Part shown: one piece after another, positions 56,501 to 64,000 of the stretch
How the letters are laid out: every line of letters begins with the position of its first letter
How positions within the stretch are numbered: the stretch's first letter is position 1
The notes under the pieces: model-generated
Told to the model about the DNA's origin: nothing
Seen by the model: the letters and a program-made list of their open reading frames with translations, nothing else
Database searches by the model: none
Translations under genes and position numbers: made by a program
NCBI GenBank assembly: GCA_000708835.1
Contig: DF237391.1
Span: 1 to 64,000, forward strand
Source: Klebsormidium nitens
Taxonomy: Eukaryota; Plantae; Klebsormidiophyceae
Reading direction: 5' to 3'
Length of the DNA stretch: 64,000 nt

Positions 56501-59500
56501 CCAAGCACCATGGAAGACTCCTTTGTTGTGGATCTTGCTATGTTGCAGCTGGTTGGAAGGGCTTTGTATGGGGACCCGCTTTTCATGGAGCCCAACTTGG
56601 TAAACGGTAACATCAGTTCTTCTTTTAGGGGCATTGCTCTTTGAGAGAAGTATTGGGTGTAGGCCCCTTGTGTCGTCCACGCACTCTTTGAGTTAGCTTG
56701 TTCTTTTCAACCTGCTTTAGAGGCCTCCTATCCGGCTTCAGGTCACTTAGATGCTGTTCCCCTAGATTGTAAAAGTCTAAGGGCCCCCATCTATCTCCTC
56801 ACTACGGTGTGCATCTCCCTGCTAAACCTCATGTGATTCGCCTTCAGGCGACGGCACAACAAATGACGGACCGATCGAGGGCCCAGGTCGCGGCCGGGGG
56901 CCTCGGGGCCGTGGAGGAGCACCCCCCCACCAGAGACAAAACCACCCAGAGCACTCCCCCCAGCAGCGGCTCCCACAGGTGGCAGGCCCAACCGGATGGG
57001 GTCCAAAGCCGGCAGACAGCGACGGGATGCCCAGTGCAACTGGCTGGGGAGAAGCACAGCCGCAGTCGATTCTCGGTCAGCCGCCAGCTGGCAAGCGGAG
57101 CGCTGAGGACGATTTGGACATTGATGAGCTGCAGAGCGGCGTGTTTGGGCAGCAGGCAGGGGGGGAGTCGGTGGAGGCGCGGGGGGGAAGGAGGAAGGAG
57201 GAGAAGAAGGAGCGGGGCAAGGGGCCGCAGGTGAGGAAGACATCTTGAAGCAAGTTGGCATCTTTTCGTGGTGAAAGAACGCCCCACCCCCGTCCATGAT
57301 GATTTTTTTAGTGATGGCGCCATCGTGCGCCTTTGAGTCTCTTTCTTGAAGGCATCCCAAGAGCAAATGAGAGGGGTCGGGCAGGCGCCACGATTTCTTG
57401 GAAGTAGACTACAAGTCGCAGAAAGCTTGGTGCATCGAAATAAAGTCATAAAAGAGCTCTAGGCTGCCCATAAAGCGGTGCTATGTCGATCTTGCAAAAG
57501 GTTGGCCGTTGGTTGGGTCGTTTTCTGTTGGGAACGATGTGGACAGATGTTGTGCTCTCTGAGGAGGACAAAAATAATGCGTCAGTAACAGCATGATTTG
57601 CAAATCTAACGAAGCCCCTCTGGTCTTTCAGCCGGGCAAGGGTCCATCCTCGTCGGACCTGCGCTCAGACGCCCGCCAAAGCTTGCGACCTGGCGGTCAG
57701 GACGCTGCACCTCGCAAGGTCCCCGCATCGGCTACTACGGCAATGGGCGAGTTGCGGCCACCAGTAAGCATGATTTCAGAAGAGAAGCAGACGACCGCTC
57801 AACCGACGATCACGTTTGGAGCGCAATCGCCGATGCAAGTGGCCTCGTCTCGCGCCGGGTGAGGAGGTTTGGACGTCTTGACTGCTTTGTCAGTGCGAGT
57901 TGGGTCTTGCAGATTAAGCTGACTTCACAAATGTAGCCGCTTGAAAGTTTCTATTGCTGCTCAGCGCTGACTGGGCAGGCTGGATAGGACAGTCCAGAGT
58001 ACAAAAACCTGAACATTTATGAATCAGAGAGACTTTAAGGGGACCAATGAGGAGATGCCTTCTGCTCAGGATCGCTGTTCTTTTGCGTATCTCTTGGCTT
58101 AAGGTCTCTGCTTTGCCCTCCATGTCTTTCTAAAAGACTGATGGCTCCTTTCCAAGTTTCTGATGGATCGCCTTGCCCGCTTCCTGCAGCCAAAAGGAGA
58201 CTGGCTTTCCCATGCCCCACCCTGAGGCTGCACAGAAGGGTCCCAGTGCGGGCCTCAATGTCTGGGGCGGCGCTCACTCTACGCTGCAGGTAAGGATACA
58301 TTTCTCATAGTCGCCCACGATGAAAGTATGTTGCTCTTCCCAGTTGAATCGCGTAGGGAGGCCGGTGCATTGAAGCGGAAGACCTTTAGCAGGACTTGTG
58401 GACTCCTTGATCCGTGCGAGTTGACGGCGGTGCCAAGTACGTGTTATCGCCGCAAGGGGAACACGTTGATCCAGTAACGCAAGCTGGCATGTTGCCGACC
58501 CCCTCCTTGGCACCAGCGCCTGATGTAGACAGCGTAAAAGATCACGAGAAGGATAAGTTCCTGAGGTTTGGCTTCATATAAATCAAACAGAGAGGTCTTA
58601 ATCAAGTGGGCGTTGAAACCCTTTGTCTCCCTTGCAGGCCATCAACCTGTCCCAGATGCAGCTCGACAACGCGATGCGCCAGCACGAGTACGACAATTTG
58701 CCCACCACGCTTGGGCTCGAGGCGGACCCCAAGCACTTCTCGCAGGGGGGTCCCCACCTGCCCATTCCCATCCCCCTGCAAGGCAACAACTTCACCTTCG
58801 GCGCGCTCAGTCCCACCCAACTCCCCCCCCATCCCGGAACCGGCCCGCTCTTACCCCCCGAAGCAAAGAAAGACATTGTCGGTGCAGCGGGGGGGCCATT
58901 TGCCAAGCGGAACAGGGGGGGCGAGCACGTCTCAGAGGACGACGATGGGCCGGAGGATAAGGAGGCGGAAGCGGCGGCGTCGGCAATCGCAGCAGCGGCC
59001 ATCGGAGACAGCGAGTCTGAACAGGAGGGGCGGATTCTCAATGTGGGGAAGAAACGGCAGGGCAGCGAGGGGGGCGCCGACGCACTCCCGGCGGACCTGT
59101 CGGTGGATGCGGTGGAGGAAGGGGAGGGCGACGTGCGGCAGCAGCACATGCCGAACGGGCCGCCGATGATGCAGCAGCCGGGGGGGCCCTTCGCTGGTAG
59201 GACGTTGTGCCACTCTTGCTGGGAGGGGCTCTCTTTACATTTTGTGAACTCTGGCGGCGATGTTTGCCAAGTCTTGAGTGTGTCGAGAGGTTCGGGCGAT
59301 GCCGCTTTCCTGTCAAGCTTCTGGCTAGGGTTTCAAAAGCGAAAATGGGTGTTTCGTGGGGAGAAGTGGTCGTGTGACGGGCGACAGTTCCTAAGAGAGC
59401 CTAGCTCTGTGCAACGTGTGTATCATCTTTGTCCATACTTGAATTCTCCATCACTTCGTGGAGGGCAACAGCGTTCCTTGCTTTCCTTTGTTTTCCCTCC

Positions 59501-61899
59501 CGTAGAATAACCATAATCCATGCTGGCGTCTTCGTTACGACAGCCAAGCCGAATCATGCATCCGACCGAGAGCTCATGTATTCGGAACCATGGCCCCGTG
59601 AAAAAAACCGGACTCTAATGTGACGTCAGCAAGACACCCGACCTCAAGCTGACGTCGGCAAGAAGCCGAACCTCAATCTGACGACAGCAACTCGCTTCTC
59701 TTCAGGCCACCCGGGTGGCGGCCCGCAGAGCTTCTCCCCCGAGGCGCTGCAGGCGATGGCAGAACGCGGCCAGGTGCCTGGGCCTGGATGGGCGCCTTCG
59801 ATGCACCCGCAGCAGTTCTCCATGGGGATGGACTCCTTTTTCGGACCCCCGCCCCAGGGGGGCTTCCCCGGGGCGTTCATGAACCGGCCAGGCCAGGTGA
59901 GGGGTTGGCGAGTGAACATAAACGTGCAATCTTTCACATCTTGCGTATACAAATCTGGAAGGAGTACGGCGGAGTGCTTATGGATTTATCATTTTGGAGC
60001 CAGAGACGTGATTGGGTAGCGATGTTGAGTCCTACTAACCTAGATTTCGCGGTGTATAATTCCTTGTGTGCGGCACTCGAACTTCTCTACTGGAACCTTT
60101 GTTCGACAAGATGTGCTTGCCAAGTTTTTGGTTGGCGGGAACCTAGATCGCTTTTTGGGTAGAGGGCGAGTACAACTCTACTCGCAGCCTAGCCGTGGTT
60201 TATCAGTCGACAGACTTCGTTCTATCACTGCTCTAAAGACTTTTTTCGAGGCTTACGGCGAGAACGAACTCTGGAGCTGAATGAAATGTTCTCTAGGCAA
60301 ATCCGTCTACCCGCATGTGCAGAGGTCAAACCCTTTCGACTCATCTCTTTGTTGAGCTTTGAGCCTATTGAAGTACAAATTCCTGATTTTCCCGTCCTCT
60401 CGTACCGCAGAACCACATGATGATGTACAACCACCCCTTCGGCCCCGTGGGCCAGTTCGGGCAACTAGGCATGGGCTTCATGAACCCCGGTTACCTGCCC
60501 ACCGGCAAGCAGCCCGACTGGAAGCACACCCCCCCTGCGGAGGGCGCCCCCGGTTCGGGGGGGCGGGACTCCCCCCCACAGCACCAGCAGCAGAGGGCCC
60601 TGTCCCAGGGTCCGCCGAGCTCGGCGCCAGGCAGCGGGCAGCGCAACTTTGCGCCAGGGGCGGTCGCGAGGCCTCAGGGGCCGTTTGAGGGGGTGCACAA
60701 TCCGTTCCAGGTAGGACGCCTATGACGACCATTCTGTGTGGAACGGTCACAGACTCTGAACGTGGGCCGCTTGTATCCTACTTTTTGGTTGCTGGGTTCA
60801 GTGCTTTCGGTCTCCTGCTGGACATGCCAAAGTTCTAGGCTAACGAATCCCCCCCTTTTTCGTGAAGGTCGTGCACAGCAATCAATCATTGTGCTTTCGA
60901 AGATGTAATTGCTGTTGTACCAGTGTCACTATCAGTCCTTTTGCTTCGTCGATACACACAAGCTCCCCTTGATACTAGCTTGCATGATACTAACATCTGA
61001 AGCTCGCGTCAGGTTCTTCTGACATCACAAGCATTTGAGCTGACACCACAGACTGCCTCCCTGCAGAATCTGGGACCGGACCCTGGTCCTTGGGCGCACA
61101 TGGGCCGCCCCCCCCACAGCCCGCAACACCCCCCCCACATGCAAGGGGCGCCCTTCTTCAACGCCATGCTCCAGCAGCAACAATTCGGCGAGGGGGGGAT
61201 CCCCCTGCCGCCGCACTCCCTCGAGGGGGGCATGCCACCCTTTGCCGATTTGCAGAAGCCGCAGGGGGGGGCCAGCAGCCGCAGCGAAAGCGTGCACAGC
61301 GACCCTGCCGCGCAGTTCCCCGACGAGCTGGGTCTCGGGGACTGGCCGACGCCGAACTTTCCGCAGCAGGGGGTTCCGCCCCGGCAGGGGGGCCACCAGA
61401 ACAAGGGCCCGCGAGGGGGGGGGACGTAGACGAACAGGGTGCGTCGCGGCGGGGGGGTGTGGTGAGGACGGTCCAGAGGCCCAGGAGGGGCGGGGGGCGA
61501 GGGGGCAGAGGGGGAGGTAACGGAGCCGGGAACCAAGACAAGGGCGACGGGAACGTAAACGGAGGAAGAGACAGGGGGCAGCAGCAGCCGGGGGGGGGCA
61601 ATCCGAGGCAACAAACCGAGCAAGGGCCGCACCGAGGAGGGCGGGGGGGTCAGGGGAGAGGGCCAGTTGCGGGCCAGGGGCCGCAGCGGGGGGCTGCGTC
61701 GGGGTCGAGGAGGGGTGGGGGGAGAATGGGTGGCGGGGAACGGCCGCCCGCAGCGAACGGGGGAGTTGCACCCGGAGGCGGTAATGCAGCCGCTCGCGAG
61801 GCAGCCAAGGTGAAGCAGGTGTACGTGGCAAAGCAGGGGGCCGCCGCGCCACTGCCGAGGAAGGAAGGGCCGGCCGGGGGGCGCCAGCAAAGCGTCTGA
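50530..61899 (+). CDS. PRRC2/BAT2_N-domain low-complexity protein (AT3G50370-like; MOS1/PRRC2 superfamily); 11 exons, with an assembly gap and a homopolymer frameshift
   Basis: Exons: 50530-51175, 52013-53238, 53709-53957, 54669-56445 (contains the N gap), 56848-57230, 57632-57858, 58190-58289, 58638-59196, 59706-59896, 60411-60710, 61067-61899 (needs +1 G at 61415-61423). Motifs: SKYSSVNLNQSYG, GGMLVMGK, PKPVNLPSLKKEHAGNDP, DPVREAFEAELERV plus an E/K/R coiled coil, LSQMQLDNAM, PVGQFGQLGMGFM...GKQPDWKH, QFPDELGL, KVKQVYVAK. The family assignment rests on recalled motifs. Confidence 0.82.
54797..55140. other. Assembly gap (344 N)
   Basis: Run of n inside the GC-rich, Pro/Arg-rich exon 4 of the PRRC2-like gene; the true length is unknown. 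Confidence 1.
59621..59705 (+). repeat. Three 29-bp tandem units, each containing a TGAC branch-point-like core, ending at the exon 9 acceptor
   Basis: tgacgtcagcaagacacccgacctcaagc / tgacgtcggcaagaagccgaacctcaatc / tgacgacagcaactcgcttctcttcag| start at 59621, 59650 and 59679. Confidence 0.8.
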
Positions 61900-63719
61900 G
61901 ATGCGAGTGGTGGGCGATCGGAGAAAACTTGTCGACTGCTGGGGTTCGAAGTTCGACAGAGTTGAGGGAATTGTAGTACTTTTCGTGGATGTGAAAAGGC
62001 TAAAGCAAGGGGAATGCCAAGGAATGTCGTTCTGGTCATCTGATCGTGATGCTTTACAGAAAAGCAAGCTTACATCGACCTTGCGTGGAAAGTTTTATGC
62101 GCTTTCCCAAGCGGAGACACAGAGAGGCGTTGGCCAAAGAGCAAGTGCCGGAAAATGGATTATCGTGGGATGTAAGCCTGGAGGGATGGGCTGACCAGGG
62201 GTTCAGCCGATGGGTTGGTGATACTGACGGAAAAGTTACTTTGAGATGTTGGGCGCCGCAGCCGAACTTGGGACGAGGTCAGCTGCAGGCAAGCGACGCG
62301 CCGGATGGGATCACTCGATTCTGCGTGGCTGTTAGAACTAGGGTAGCTTTCGTAGACGTGGAGAGATTTGAACTTAGCAGGCGGGATTAGGGCAGGCGCC
62401 CGCACTGCTGGCACACGAAACCGGGGGGTGGCACAAGATATTTCCAGCCAATCACATGAGCTGCTATACGCTGCTATACGCAAGCTCTTCATCCCGAACT
62501 CTCCTCTTGGTTTCTGAGGCCGTGGCTGAGGTTCTTCCAAGACAGTCACGCGCCAGATCAAGGACTCTAAAGCAAACGTACTCCCGATCTCGAACTGGAA
62601 CCGTATCTTGCTTGGAAGCTTGCGGGTTTGCTGTGGATTGAAAGTTGGCCGGTTCTAATTATGCACTGGGGCATTTGTCGTGTAGCAAACATTGAAGCGA
62701 ATTGGAAAGTTCTCACATTGAGCCCGCCAACATGATCGCAGTCGTATATGTTGCATAGTGCATGTATGTGCCTCCTGGTGAAGATTAGTATCATGTACAA
62801 TGTACAATCCGATGTCGGAAGTTTCAATGCTTGCATGGCCAAGTCATAACTCTGGTTCTTTGCGCAGCCAGCTGGTACCTGCATAATATGCACATGAGAG
62901 CTTAAGTTATATAACCGTCACTGAACTGCCTTAAGCCGTATACTTGCTGCTTGGGACGCGGCCGGAGATTAAGTCCCTTGCAGATCCGACGTTTGCATGC
63001 GTCGACTGCAAACCCAAACCCCCGGCCACTGGCGACGCGCAACTGCATGTACGCGATCGTTGATCATGATACGATCACATGGCGCATGATTCCGAACCTT
63101 TGATTTATCGACGCGCGAGCATATTGCATGTCTGAACATTGCAATCATGAGAACACGTTTGATTATCAATCATTCGAACAAGCTACAAAGTGATGTTGAA
63201 TTGTAAACTCGTTTTTCCTCATTAGATGACGACGACACACTCGCCGTTGCATTCACGCGTATACGCTGACTCATATGTGATTGTAACATGTAGACATGTA
63301 ACCAGGCTGCAAAGTGTCCCAGCAGCGAACCAGCAAAACAGCAGGCTCGAAAACATTGACTTTGCTTCTGCTCTAGTTGCAGCCTGATATGTGCAGTCTG
63401 GTCATTGGCACTAAGTGTATGTAAACTAATCTTGATCTAGTCGGTCTTGGTTTAGAAGCTAACACTACATATAAAGGCACAAGTCTTTACTTCTAAAAAG
63501 CTAACCTGCTTTCTTCAATCTGGTATCCTGCCATCTACCACTGCCTACTTACTCGGCATCGATTGTACATGGTATCGAGTGTTTGTGCTAGTCTATCCTG
63601 CATCATTGATACAAGCTGATCCTAGCAGAGCTCTTTTAACAAACACTACTCCGGGCTTATCATCTCACTGGGAGTGAGCTAACTTCACCTTCCTAAACCT
63701 AGGTTTGGCTACCTCCTGA

Positions 63720-64000
63720 CTAATGTCTAGCCCGCCTGCTTTCAGCCAGCCAACTCGTCTTCATCTGTTTCCTACTTGGACGGCTGTCTACATGAACGGC
63801 GACGCCTTCATCAAACCAATCACTGCGATCACGTAGCCCACCTGCTGCAACCGCGTCAGCTGCCGGATGCCCTGCACGTGACGCAACACCCGCAGCATCT
63901 GCCACCGTCGTTTCAGCAGGTACCGACGGATCGGCTTGTTCTCCAAGCCCTCCGCTCTTCGCTGCTTCCGTCTCGGGCTCCGGGGGGGCAGATCGAGCCG
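63720..64000 (-). CDS. 3' end of an unidentified gene entering from beyond the window (Ala/Glu-rich low-complexity C-terminus)
   Basis: The frame is open from the window edge (63998) to TAG at 63720-63722: ARSAPPEPETEAAKSGGLGEQADPSVPAETTVADAAG...SRRARH. It is GC-rich like the other exons. No domain was recognised. Confidence 0.45.
   Translation of the reverse strand, partial: ARSAPPEPETEAAKSGGLGEQADPSVPAETTVADAAGVASRAGHPAADAVAAGGLRDRSDWFDEGVAVHVDSRPSRKQMKTSWLAESRRARH

Noticed and set aside
56848-57000. Suspected frameshift at the C7 run in PRRC2-like exon 5
   Set aside because: Recounting shows the frame is continuous: GGA GCA CCC CCC CAC CAG ... GTG GCA GGC.
61009-62067. 352-aa and 275-aa Pro-rich minus-strand ORFs (also 51978-53280)
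   Set aside because: They are antisense shadows of Gly/Arg-rich PRRC2-like exons.

Overview
Eukaryotic, intron-rich nuclear DNA of about 52% GC with GC3-rich exons and one N gap. The gene set suggests a streptophyte green alga such as Klebsormidium (inference, not checked): an HMA1-type P1B-ATPase, a plant-type C2-phospholipase D, an AT3G50370/BAT2_N-like protein, a remorin-like protein and a hybrid histidine kinase. I reconstructed seven spliced or complete genes by hand from GT/GC-AG junctions and reading phase, plus the 3' end of an eighth: HMA1-like ATPase (+), remorin-like (+), a 21-exon, ~2,400-aa tandem double hybrid histidine kinase (-), F-box/LRR-like (+), C2-PLD (-), importin-5 (-) and PRRC2/BAT2_N-like (+). 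Three things stand out. (1) Splicing appears to join two complete TM-HisKA-HATPase-REC-REC modules into one reading frame, with asymmetric catalytic motifs. (2) At least 8 introns in 3 genes contain decayed tandem copies, at a 120-175 bp period, of their own splice site plus the adjacent exon edge, which creates arrays of decoy donors and acceptors. (3) A remorin C-terminal coiled-coil aligns without gaps in an apparently algal genome. Several reading-frame breaks fall on homopolymer runs and are most likely assembly errors. No rRNA, tRNA, CRISPR array or recognisable transposase was found.
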